Shown here one piece after another: positions 46,125 through 54,965 of a DNA stretch of 64,000 nucleotides (position 1 is the first letter of the stretch; each line of letters opens with the position of its first letter). A model generated the notes under the pieces. It searched no databases. It had not been told where the DNA came from and saw nothing but the letters and a program-made list of their open reading frames with translations. Origin of the DNA: Patescibacteria group bacterium (GTDB lineage Bacteria > Patescibacteriota > Microgenomatia > 2-02-FULL-39-11); NCBI GenBank assembly GCA_023379265.1, contig JAMCUI010000009.1, positions 100,091 to 164,090 of the forward strand, given 5' to 3'. A program made the translations under genes and the position numbers.

Positions 46125-46676
46125 ATGAGAATAAGTAGTTTTCACGATTTAAATGGTGAGAGGAAAAACCAAATTCTGGTGGTGGTTGATAGGGCGGGTA
46201 GACCGTTGGGACTAGCTAGTCGGCAACAGTGTCATAGCGGTACTGGTAAGCCCCATTTGGCTTTTATGGCATTAATACTTGATAAAGGAGGTAATATTGT
46301 TTTGACAAGAAGAAGTAAAGGAAAATCACTTTGGGGAGGTTTCTGGGATGGTTCTGTAGTCAGTCATGTATTGCCAGGTGAGACACCTGAGAAGGCGGCG
46401 CAAAGAAGAGGAAGGGAGGAGATGGGCGTGGACATCAAATTTACCGATATTGGAGCTTTTTATTACTTTGCCAAGTTTAAGGATGGGGCAGAAAACGAAT
46501 TCTGTCATGTTCTTCTTGGTAAATCAGATATAGAGATTCAACCAAATCCTGTGGAAATAGAGGATACGAAAAAGATCTTACCAGCTGATTTGAGAAAAGA
46601 TATTCAAAAAAATCCCGACAGTTACACGCCATGGTTAAAACTGGCATTTGAAAAGATTAATATCAAACCCGTATGA
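46125..46676 (+). CDS. Nudix-superfamily protein resembling type-1 isopentenyl-diphosphate isomerase
   Basis: ...HLAFMALILDKGGNIVLTRRSKGKSLWGGFWDGSVVSHVLPGETPEKAAQRRGREEMGV... follows the IDI-1 pattern, but has Ser where the catalytic Cys is expected. Confidence 0.5.
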   Translation: MRISSFHDLNGERKNQILVVVDRAGRPLGLASRQQCHSGTGKPHLAFMALILDKGGNIVLTRRSKGKSLWGGFWDGSVVSHVLPGETPEKAAQRRGREEMGVDIKFTDIGAFYYFAKFKDGAENEFCHVLLGKSDIEIQPNPVEIEDTKKILPADLRKDIQKNPDSYTPWLKLAFEKINIKPV

Positions 46677-47590
46677 CTCAAGAGACGAAAGCAGTATTTG
46701 CACTTTTAGGCACAGTAATTCTTTGGTCACTGATGGTGGTGATTACACGGATAGCGGTAACAGAAGTGCATCCTTTTACGCTGTTATTTTTGCGACTGGC
46801 AATCGCATCTGTTTTCTTTGCTCCTTTTGTCTGGAGGAAGAAACCATGGAAGAATAAAAAGTTTTCTTATCTGATTAAGATATCGCCGCTTTTGATGACA
46901 AACGTCACCTTTTTTATATTGGGCATACAATATACGACTGCCTCCGCAAGCCAACTCATTTATGCGATAATGCCAATACTTGTTCTTATCGCCAGTGCAT
47001 TATTTTTGCGGCAGAAATATCACTGGGGTAAAAATGTTGGGGTAGTTGTCGGTCTGATGGGGGTTGTTGCGCTTGTATTTCTGTCGGCAGAGGGTAAAGG
47101 CACGACTATAGCAGGCAGTCTTTCCGGAAATCTGCTTATTGTTATAGCTATGTTGGGACAGGTAAGTTATATAATCCTGTCAAAAAATATTTCGAGAGTT
47201 TTTTCTGCTGTGGAAATCAGCGGTGTGGCGATAATTATTTCCCTTCTGCTTTCGATACCTTTAGTCACCGCTGAAATTATTTATTATCACGGAACAATTC
47301 TCATGCCGCAAAATGGTCTTCTTGCGGCTTTCTATTTAGGTTTTTGCGGGACTTTTCTGACGTATATATTGCAGCAGTATGCAATAAAGCGCCTTTCTAC
47401 CCTGACTGTCAGTTTGACTTCTTATATACAGCCTATAACTACAGCTGCGTTTGAAATAATGCTTTTGGATGAGAAAATGACAACAGGTTTTCTTGTGGGT
47501 GGAGGGTTAGTCTTTTTAGGTCTTTTCTTGTCAACTACAATAGAAGTTTTGCATCACCGTATGAAAAGGGTGGAGGTGTTCGTGGAGTAA
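46673..47590 (+). CDS. EamA/DMT-family transporter (10 TM)
   Basis: Two EamA-like 5-TM halves. 305 aa. Confidence 0.7.
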   Translation: MTQETKAVFALLGTVILWSLMVVITRIAVTEVHPFTLLFLRLAIASVFFAPFVWRKKPWKNKKFSYLIKISPLLMTNVTFFILGIQYTTASASQLIYAIMPILVLIASALFLRQKYHWGKNVGVVVGLMGVVALVFLSAEGKGTTIAGSLSGNLLIVIAMLGQVSYIILSKNISRVFSAVEISGVAIIISLLLSIPLVTAEIIYYHGTILMPQNGLLAAFYLGFCGTFLTYILQQYAIKRLSTLTVSLTSYIQPITTAAFEIMLLDEKMTTGFLVGGGLVFLGLFLSTTIEVLHHRMKRVEVFVE

Positions 47591-47594
47591 ATAT

Positions 47595-48170
47595 ATGTTG
47601 ATAAAACCGGTTGTTTTGGATCTTGAGACGCAATTTACGTTTCAGGAAGTAGGGTATGACCCAAAGAAACTGAAAGTATCTGTTGTGGGTTTATATGATT
47701 ACGCCACTGATAAATATGAGGCGTACAAAGAAGAAAGTTTTCCCCAGCTTTTTTCCGTACTTGAACATGCTTCTGAAATAATAGGTTTTAATATTGATAA
47801 ATTTGATCTGCCGGTTTTATCTCCTTACTATGTAGGCAATATTAGCCAGTTTGCAACTCTTGATTTACTTTCCGAGGTAGAGAGGTCGCTTGGGTTTCGT
47901 GTAGCTCTAGATGATTTGGCGCGGTCAACCCTGGGAGAGAAGAAAAACGGACACGGATTTATGGCAATAGATTTTTTTCGCAACGGGGAGTGGGATAAAC
48001 TGATAAAATACTGTCTTCATGATGTGGAAATCACAAAAGCTCTTTATGAGTACGGTAAAAAGGAGGGAAAAGTATATTTCCAGTCAGTAGGAGGAAAAAG
48101 GGGAATACCGGTTTCCTTTTCCGCCAGAAAAAACTCTCAATCCACAGTATCACTGTCTTTGCCCTTTTGA
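47595..48170 (+). CDS. DEDD-family 3'-5' exonuclease-like protein (RNase H-like fold)
   Basis: Exo I VLDLET, Exo II FNIDKFDLPVL, Exo III CLHDVEITKALY. Confidence 0.5.
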   Translation: MLIKPVVLDLETQFTFQEVGYDPKKLKVSVVGLYDYATDKYEAYKEESFPQLFSVLEHASEIIGFNIDKFDLPVLSPYYVGNISQFATLDLLSEVERSLGFRVALDDLARSTLGEKKNGHGFMAIDFFRNGEWDKLIKYCLHDVEITKALYEYGKKEGKVYFQSVGGKRGIPVSFSARKNSQSTVSLSLPF

Positions 48171-48264
48171 TAAATTTTAACTCACAATCTTGACACTTTC
48201 CCATTTTTTGTTAAACTGTAACTGATACAAATCTACGTCTAGTTTATACTGAGCTTATTGAAGT

Positions 48265-48666
48265 ATGAAAATAGCCAAGAGAGAGGATTTCGCCCTTATT
48301 TTCATGAGTGAACTTTCCAAACATTACCCTGGTGAATACGTATCATTGGGATTTATTGCCCATCAGACGAATTTATCTCCTCTTTTTTTGAAACATATTG
48401 CTTCAGTTCTTCTTGAAAAAAATCTTATTGAAAGTAAAGAGGGGATAAGCGGAGGTTACAGGTTGCATAAACCACCGCAAAAAATTACCGTTTCAGAGAT
48501 TATTAAAGCCATTTCCAAGGGGATTGTAGCACCATCCTGTGTACATGGGGGAGTCTGCCGGTTAAAACGGACATCTTGTAGCTGTTTAGCGCTTTGGGAT
48601 AAGGTGAATAGGCAGTTATACTCTTATTTGGACAATATCAGTCTGGAAGATTTCGGAAGATTATAA
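48265..48666 (+). CDS. Rrf2-family (IscR/SufR-like) transcriptional regulator with C-terminal Cys cluster
   Basis: HTH ...LGFIAHQTNLSPLFLKHIASVLLEKNLIESKEGISGGYRL... Cysteines in APSCVHGGVCRLKRTSCSC. Sits upstream of the suf genes. Confidence 0.8.
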   Translation: MKIAKREDFALIFMSELSKHYPGEYVSLGFIAHQTNLSPLFLKHIASVLLEKNLIESKEGISGGYRLHKPPQKITVSEIIKAISKGIVAPSCVHGGVCRLKRTSCSCLALWDKVNRQLYSYLDNISLEDFGRL

Positions 48667-48864
48667 AAATTTGATTATATTATAGGTTGAAAAAAGCTTG
48701 CAGTGGAAATTTTTTAGCTAGCAAAATGTCAATATTCCGAAACTGAGTCATTAAACAGTAGTTGGTTTTATGAATATAGATAGTGTAAGCGTCTCGTATG
48801 CGACCTGCGAAAACTTCCACGAGCTTCACTTTTCATACTTATATATGAAAAGCAGAGATAAATT

Positions 48865-49698
48865 ATGAGCCTTATAATAAAAAATTTATCGGTAAATTTG
48901 AGAGAAAGGCAAATCCTGAAAGAAATTTCTCTTGAGGTGGCACCGGGAACTCTTCATGCAATTATGGGTCCCAATGGGGGAGGAAAATCCACTCTTTCAG
49001 CTGCTCTTTTGGGTAATTCCGCTTATACGGTTACGGACAGGGTAAGAGGGAAAAACAAACCGCAAATATTAGTGGATAACAAGGATATAACTGGTTTGCC
49101 TACAGACATGAGAGCAAAACTAGGCCTTTTTTTGGCTTTTCAAAGCCCGATAAGCATACCAGGCGTAAATGTCGCAAATCTTTTGAAAACCGCATACCAG
49201 TTAAGCAAAGAGCAAAGAACAAAGAACCATTCGTCCCGACATAAGGAAGGACTCAGGGCAAGAAAAGATCAAAAAAAACTTCATAACCCAGCATTATCGG
49301 TTTGGGAGTTCAACGAAATGTTGGTAAAAGAGGCCAAAAAACTCTCTATACCCCAGGATTTTTTGAGGCGCAGCTTAAATGAGGCTTTCTCAGGCGGAGA
49401 GAAGAAGAAACTAGAGATGCTTCAGGCGGTCATCCTTTCTCCAAAATATGCGGTTTTTGACGAGATTGATACAGGTCTTGATGTGGATGCTCTAAAGATT
49501 GTCGCCACAGGTATTGAGCAATTGAAGAAGAAAAAAACCGGAGTCATTGTTATTACTCATTACCAAAGGATACTAAAGTATGCCAGACCGGATTTTGTCC
49601 ATATACTTGTCGGAGGAAGGATAGTAGCTTCTGGAAATAGAAATCTGGCTAAAGAGGTGGAAGAAAACGGATACAGAAAGTGGGCAGATAATAATTAA
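48865..49698 (+). CDS. sufC: Fe-S cluster assembly ATPase SufC (with an internal ~70-aa insertion)
   Basis: Walker A GPNGGGKST, signature FSGGEKKKLEMLQAV, Walker B AVFDEIDTGLD, H-loop ITHY. Confidence 0.85.
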   Translation: MSLIIKNLSVNLRERQILKEISLEVAPGTLHAIMGPNGGGKSTLSAALLGNSAYTVTDRVRGKNKPQILVDNKDITGLPTDMRAKLGLFLAFQSPISIPGVNVANLLKTAYQLSKEQRTKNHSSRHKEGLRARKDQKKLHNPALSVWEFNEMLVKEAKKLSIPQDFLRRSLNEAFSGGEKKKLEMLQAVILSPKYAVFDEIDTGLDVDALKIVATGIEQLKKKKTGVIVITHYQRILKYARPDFVHILVGGRIVASGNRNLAKEVEENGYRKWADNN

Positions 49699-49812
49699 AT
49701 CCAAAATTCAAATGTCAAATGAAATCCAAATTGAAAATATTTAATTTTAACCATTTGAGATTTGTGTTTTGGAGTTGATTAATAATTTGGCTTTTATCAT
49801 TTTTTCTAGATT

Positions 49813-51210
49813 ATGTCTCAAGTTGCAATCCAACCAAACGATTATAAATACGGGTTCAAAAAGCCTGAAAATTATATCTTCAAGGCAAAAAAAGGGTTAA
49901 ACAACAAAACTGTGGAAGAGATTTCTTGGCATAAGGAGGAGCCTTACTGGATGAGAGATTTTCGCCTCTCGGCCCTAAAGATTTTTGAAGAGAAAAAACT
50001 GCCCATGTGGGGAGGCGACCTGACGCATATAAATTTTGATGATATTTACTATTACATTAAACCAACGGAGAAAAAGGCCAAAAGCTGGGATGAACTACCG
50101 GAAGAGATAAGGGATACTTATGACAGGATTGGAATACCAGAGGCGGAAAAAAAATATCTTGGGGGTGTAAGTGCCCAGTATGAGAGCGAAGTGGTCTACA
50201 AAAGTATCCAGAAAACACTCGGGGAAAAAGGTGTTATCTTTTTGGATATGGATTCGGGACTGAGAGAATATCCAGATCTAGTGAAAGAGTATTTTGGAAC
50301 TCTTATTCCACCAGCCGACAATAAATTTGCCGCGCTTAACAGTGCTACATGGTCGGGAGGATCTTTCATATATGTGCCGAAAGGCGTACATGTGGATTTG
50401 CCGCTGCAGGCATATTTCCGTATAAATGCCGCCAATATGGGCCAGTTTGAAAGGACTCTTATTATTGCTGACGAAGGTAGCTTTGTACATTATGTTGAGG
50501 GATGTACTGCTCCTATTTATACCACTGATTCTCTTCACAGCGCTGTTGTTGAGATATTTGTGAAAAAGGGTGCTCGGGTGCGCTATACAACTATTCAAAA
50601 TTGGAGCAATAATGTGTATAACCTGGTGACAAAAAGGATGAGAATTGAAGAGGAAGGAGTAGGCGAATGGGTGGATGGAAATATTGGCAGCAAACTGACA
50701 ATGAAATATCCCTCTGTTTACCTTATGGGCAAGGGGGCACGGGGAGAGGTTTTATCAGTAGCGTATGCCGGACCCGGACAGCATCAAGATGCAGGAGGTA
50801 AAGCAATACATTTTGCTCCGTATACCAGCTCAAAAATCACTTCAAAGTCTGTTTCTGCAGGTGGGGGGAGGACTTCCTACCGGGGATTGGTACAGGTGTT
50901 TCCTTTTTCCCAAAATGTCAAATCAAAGGTTGTTTGTGATGCTCTTCTTATTGATGAATCTTCGAGATCCGATACATATCCGACTATGGATATAAGGAAT
51001 AACGATGTCCAAATAGAGCATGAGGCAACAGTGTCCAAAATCGGGGATGAACAGTTGTTTTATCTTATGAGCCGTGGGCTCAAAAAGGCTGATGCCGAAG
51101 CGATGATAGTCAACGGATTTATAGAGCCCATCGTTAAAGAATTACCTTTAGAGTATGCTGTGGAATTAAACCGACTTATTCAATTGGAGATGGAAGGGAG
51201 TGTAGGGTAG
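49813..51210 (+). CDS. sufB: Fe-S cluster assembly protein SufB
   Basis: 465 aa. Characteristic SufB core ...[14 protein letters not shown]... and C-terminal ...[21 protein letters not shown]... Confidence 0.9.
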   Translation: MSQVAIQPNDYKYGFKKPENYIFKAKKGLNNKTVEEISWHKEEPYWMRDFRLSALKIFEEKKLPMWGGDLTHINFDDIYYYIKPTEKKAKSWDELPEEIRDTYDRIGIPEAEKKYLGGVSAQYESEVVYKSIQKTLGEKGVIFLDMDSGLREYPDLVKEYFGTLIPPADNKFAALNSATWSGGSFIYVPKGVHVDLPLQAYFRINAANMGQFERTLIIADEGSFVHYVEGCTAPIYTTDSLHSAVVEIFVKKGARVRYTTIQNWSNNVYNLVTKRMRIEEEGVGEWVDGNIGSKLTMKYPSVYLMGKGARGEVLSVAYAGPGQHQDAGGKAIHFAPYTSSKITSKSVSAGGGRTSYRGLVQVFPFSQNVKSKVVCDALLIDESSRSDTYPTMDIRNNDVQIEHEATVSKIGDEQLFYLMSRGLKKADAEAMIVNGFIEPIVKELPLEYAVELNRLIQLEMEGSVG

Positions 51211-51393
51211 CACAATAATTTACAGGTTACGAATTAAAAGCTGCTCGTAGTGTAAATTTTCTAGATCGCAAGGATGGGAGATCTTTATCATTTTTTCAAT
51301 CAAAGAGTTGGAGTATGAGTTACGTATGCAATCTTTGGAAATTTACACATACTTCGCATCTTTTAAAATCTTCGAGGATAATTATTTTAATTT

Positions 51394-52035
51394 ATGAAGA
51401 AAAATTCTATTGTTATTATTGACAAATTGAGAAAGAATCAGCAGTTTATTGTGGATGATGAGAGGCAGAAAACATTTTTTATCCTGTTGGACTGCGGGAA
51501 GGATGAGAGTGGAGATGTGAATATAAACATAAAAAGTGAAAGCGCTAACGTACAGATATTAGGGATAGTGTTGGGATACGGGAAACAAAAGATAGAGATG
51601 TCTACATTGCAAAAACATCTTAAGCCTAAAGGCGTATCTGATCTTTTTATTAAATCCGTACTTTTTGATGAGTCAAAGTTTTATTACCGAGGTCTTATCA
51701 AGATAGAGAAGGATGCACAAAAATCAAACGCCTATCAGAAGAATCAAACACTCCTTATGTCGAGGAGATCTTGGGCTGATACCCGTCCCTATCTTGAGAT
51801 TTTGGCAAATGATGTGCGCTGTACTCACGGGGCCACAGTCGGCAAGCTTGACGAAAACCAGTTGTATTATCTTAGCACCCGCGGGATAGAAAGAGGGATG
51901 GCGACCAAACTTTTAATCTCAGGATTTCTGCAGGACGTGGTTGACAGGATACCGCAGGAAGATGTAAGAAAGAGAGTAGAGGGAAAAATTGAGCAAAAGG
52001 TAAATCAATTACTAAATAAATCAGTCAAAGATTGA
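51394..52035 (+). CDS. sufD: Fe-S cluster assembly protein SufD (short form, 213 aa)
   Basis: ...VRCTHGATVGKLDENQLYYLSTRGIERGMATKLLISGF... SufBD C-terminal signature. Confidence 0.7.
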   Translation: MKKNSIVIIDKLRKNQQFIVDDERQKTFFILLDCGKDESGDVNINIKSESANVQILGIVLGYGKQKIEMSTLQKHLKPKGVSDLFIKSVLFDESKFYYRGLIKIEKDAQKSNAYQKNQTLLMSRRSWADTRPYLEILANDVRCTHGATVGKLDENQLYYLSTRGIERGMATKLLISGFLQDVVDRIPQEDVRKRVEGKIEQKVNQLLNKSVKD

Positions 52036-52038
52036 ACT

Positions 52039-52350
52039 ATGGGAAAAAAACTTGTTCCGGTGGCAAAAAAATCAGACATACCAGAAGGGAAAATAAAAGA
52101 GTACAAAATGGAGGGAAAGACTATCGCTGTTGTCAACACTGATGGAGAATATTTGGCGTTTGATGGGCTCTGCACTCATGCCCAATGCGCCCTTGCCGGA
52201 GGCATGTTGGATGGGCATACCGTGACGTGTTATTGTCATGGGGGACAGTTTGATATAAAGACCGGTGAAGTCCTTGCTCTTCCTCCACAATCTCCTATCA
52301 ATGTTTATAACGTGAAGATCAAAGGCGAATATCTTTTTGTGGAGATCTGA
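52039..52350 (+). CDS. Rieske [2Fe-2S] domain protein
   Basis: CTHAQC...17 aa...CHGGQF (CxH...CxxH). Confidence 0.8.
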   Translation: MGKKLVPVAKKSDIPEGKIKEYKMEGKTIAVVNTDGEYLAFDGLCTHAQCALAGGMLDGHTVTCYCHGGQFDIKTGEVLALPPQSPINVYNVKIKGEYLFVEI

Positions 52351-52591
52351 TAAATTAAAGATTCGTAATTTTAATCTATGGGTCCTACCGTTTAAGCGTT
52401 CCAATCTTTGTTTCAGAGCGCTCGCGAGAAATAGTTGAATAGTGTCCTTATAGTCTTAGTCGCTCGCTTAATGAAACTTAGCTTGGAAATCCTTCTTAAA
52501 CGTCACCCATTTATGAAAATTAATGTATTTGATTGACATAGAGTAAAATTTCCACTTGCTTTGCTTTTTTAGAATATTAGGTTAGGCAAAT

Positions 52592-53821
52592 ATGTTTGAT
52601 CTCAAAAAAGTAAAAAAGGATTTCCCTATTTTTGACAGGCTGATAAACGGCAAAAGGATTGTATATCTTGATTCTACAGCTTCGACCCTAAAGCCGCGCA
52701 AAGTGATAAGCGCCTTAAATGATTACTATACCCGCTATAGCGTCAACATATTTCGAGGGTTGTATACATTATCTGAAGAGGCTACAGCCGAATACGAAAA
52801 AGCCCGGCAGAAAATAGCCAGGTTTATCGGTTGCGGGAATCCCAAGGAAGTTATTTTTGTCCGCAATGCTACTGAGGGAGTCAATCTTGTGGCTCAAGCC
52901 TGGGGAGAGATAAATATTGGTAAGGGTGAGGAGATTGTTTCCACCGTGATGGAGCATCATGCCAATATCGTACCCTGGCAGGAATTGGTAAAGAAAAAGG
53001 GGGCAGTATTGAAATTTGTAGATTTTGATAATGAGGGATATCTGGATTTGAATGATCTAGAGAAAAAAATCAACAGAAAAACAAAACTATTTGCCGTGAC
53101 GTATATGTCAAACGTTTTAGGGACAATAAATCCTGTTTCCAGGATCATTAAAACAGTCAGGAGGATAAATCCGCAGGCAAAAATTCTTATCGATGCCGCA
53201 CAGGCAGTGCCACATCTGAAAGTTGATGTAGACAATCTCGGATGTGATTTTTTGGTTTTCTCAGGTCACAAAATGCTTGGACCGACCGGAATAGGAGTAG
53301 TCTGGGGTAAATATGAGCTTTTGGACGGAATGTTTCCATATCAGTTTGGAGGAGACATGATAAAGGAAGTTTACCTTGATAAGACTGTTTATAAAGAGCC
53401 TCCGCATAAATTCGAAGCGGGTACTCCACATATTGCAGGTGCTATAGGTTTAGGAGCTGCAGTTGACTATCTTTTTGAACTTGGTATGGATAATGTCAGG
53501 CTACATGAAATTAAATTGACCGAATACGGTTTAAGGAGCCTGAAAGGAATAGACGGCTTGACAGTTTACGGTCCGCAAAAAGCTCAAGAAAGGGGAGGAG
53601 TGTTGGCTTTTAACCTCAAAAAAGTGCATCCTCATGATGCAGCGCAGGTACTAAACGAGGATAATGTCTGTATCAGGAGTGGACACCATTGTGCAATGCC
53701 GGTACATACAAAGTTACACATACCTGCTTCTTGTCGTGCAAGTCTCTATATTTACAACACTGAAGAAGATATCGATCAACTTGTATTATCCCTGCAGAAA
53801 GCCGTTAAAATATTCACTTAA
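52592..53821 (+). CDS. sufS: Cysteine desulfurase SufS
   Basis: PLP lysine in ...FLVFSGHKMLGPTGIG... Active-site ...RSGHHCA... Confidence 0.9.
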   Translation: MFDLKKVKKDFPIFDRLINGKRIVYLDSTASTLKPRKVISALNDYYTRYSVNIFRGLYTLSEEATAEYEKARQKIARFIGCGNPKEVIFVRNATEGVNLVAQAWGEINIGKGEEIVSTVMEHHANIVPWQELVKKKGAVLKFVDFDNEGYLDLNDLEKKINRKTKLFAVTYMSNVLGTINPVSRIIKTVRRINPQAKILIDAAQAVPHLKVDVDNLGCDFLVFSGHKMLGPTGIGVVWGKYELLDGMFPYQFGGDMIKEVYLDKTVYKEPPHKFEAGTPHIAGAIGLGAAVDYLFELGMDNVRLHEIKLTEYGLRSLKGIDGLTVYGPQKAQERGGVLAFNLKKVHPHDAAQVLNEDNVCIRSGHHCAMPVHTKLHIPASCRASLYIYNTEEDIDQLVLSLQKAVKIFT

Positions 53822-53836
53822 ACAAAGTTTTGCCTC

Positions 53837-54217
53837 ATGGATAATTTCTATAGAGATAACATACTGGATCATTATAAAAATCCCCGTAATTTCGGCAGAC
53901 TGAAAAAGCCGGATGTCTCATACAGTGAGGAGAATGTGACGTGCGGGGATAAAATAGGAATGGAGGTAAAATTCAGAATTCAAAATTCAGAATTCAAAAT
54001 TATTGAGGATGTGCGTTTTTGGGGAGAGGGGTGCGCCGTCTCCATGGCTTCCTCCTCTCTTTTGACGCAGAAGGTGAAAGGTATGGATGTATTGAAAGTA
54101 AAGAATTTGGGTAAGGAAGATATACTAAAACTTTTAGGAATTGAGTTGACTCCAACCAGACTTAAGTGTGCACTCCTGCCTCTTGAGGTGTTGCAAAAAG
54201 CTTTACAAGGAAAATAA
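53837..54217 (+). CDS. sufU: SufU/IscU-like Fe-S scaffold / sulfur acceptor
   Basis: ...ILDHYKNPRNFGRL...VTCGDKIGMEV...WGEGCAVSMASSS... Confidence 0.85.
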   Translation: MDNFYRDNILDHYKNPRNFGRLKKPDVSYSEENVTCGDKIGMEVKFRIQNSEFKIIEDVRFWGEGCAVSMASSSLLTQKVKGMDVLKVKNLGKEDILKLLGIELTPTRLKCALLPLEVLQKALQGK

Positions 54218-54312
54218 AAGGGTCTTGCCATCATAGTGTATTTGTTTTATAACTAAAATACTGTTCTAAAATGACTTTATTAAAGTAAATTAATTTCTGG
54301 AAGGAGAGAGAG

Positions 54313-54588
54313 ATGGATCAAACAAATAATTCTTCAGGTGCTTCGGGACCATCAGGCCCAAAAAAGGTAAACAATGTTACGGTTGTAGTAGACAGAAATC
54401 TTTGTATTGGTGCGGCTTCTTGTGTGGCTGTGGCGCCAAAGACTTTTGCCTTGGATAATGAGGCTAAAGCGATAATATTGGATACCGCAACCGAAGATAG
54501 TTTAGATACGATAATGGACGCGGCCAAGTCGTGTCCGGTAGCTGCTATAATAATTCATGACGATACAGGTAAACAGTTGTTCCCGTAA
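54313..54588 (+). CDS. Small ferredoxin (single-cluster 3Fe-4S/4Fe-4S type)
   Basis: ...VVVDRNLCIGAASCVAVAP...AKSCPVAAI... Confidence 0.65.
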   Translation: MDQTNNSSGASGPSGPKKVNNVTVVVDRNLCIGAASCVAVAPKTFALDNEAKAIILDTATEDSLDTIMDAAKSCPVAAIIIHDDTGKQLFP

Positions 54589-54663
54589 GTAGATGTGACT
54601 CACAGAAGTGTTGTAGCTGCGATTATTATTCACGATGAATCCGGCAAACAGTTGTTTCCTTAA
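54589..54663 (+). repeat. Tandem partial duplicate of the ferredoxin 3' end (last ~16 codons + stop), in frame with the preceding stop codon
   Basis: GTAGCTGCGATTATTATTCACGATGAATCCGGCAAACAGTTGTTTCCTTAA versus the original GTAGCTGCTATAATAATTCATGACGATACAGGTAAACAGTTGTTCCCGTAA. Confidence 0.6.
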
Positions 54664-54676
54664 AACCTGATATTTC

Positions 54677-54877
54677 ATGCTAAATAATCTGTCCTCCACA
54701 ATCTTAAGTTCGTCCGTAACTAAATTTGCCGCGGATGACGAAAGAAATTCAATTTCTTCTCGACTAAATCTACACGATTGTCCTTCATGCAATTTTGAGA
54801 CGCTGATGGGTATGCCTGGCAGCGCAGATGCTATATGCAAGAACTGTGGTTTTAAGGAACCTTGTTGTGCTGATTAA
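54677..54877 (+). CDS. Small zinc-ribbon-like protein (66 aa; CPSC...CKNC...CC)
   Basis: Two CxxC pairs. Between the ferredoxin and the OFOR genes. Low support. Confidence 0.3.
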   Translation: MLNNLSSTILSSSVTKFAADDERNSISSRLNLHDCPSCNFETLMGMPGSADAICKNCGFKEPCCAD

Positions 54878-54965
54878 AATTAATTTAACTTTAATATTCT
54901 GAATTTATACAAATATTGGCGGATTATTGGTAGTTAGTGATGAAATAGTGTTAATTTAGCTGACC

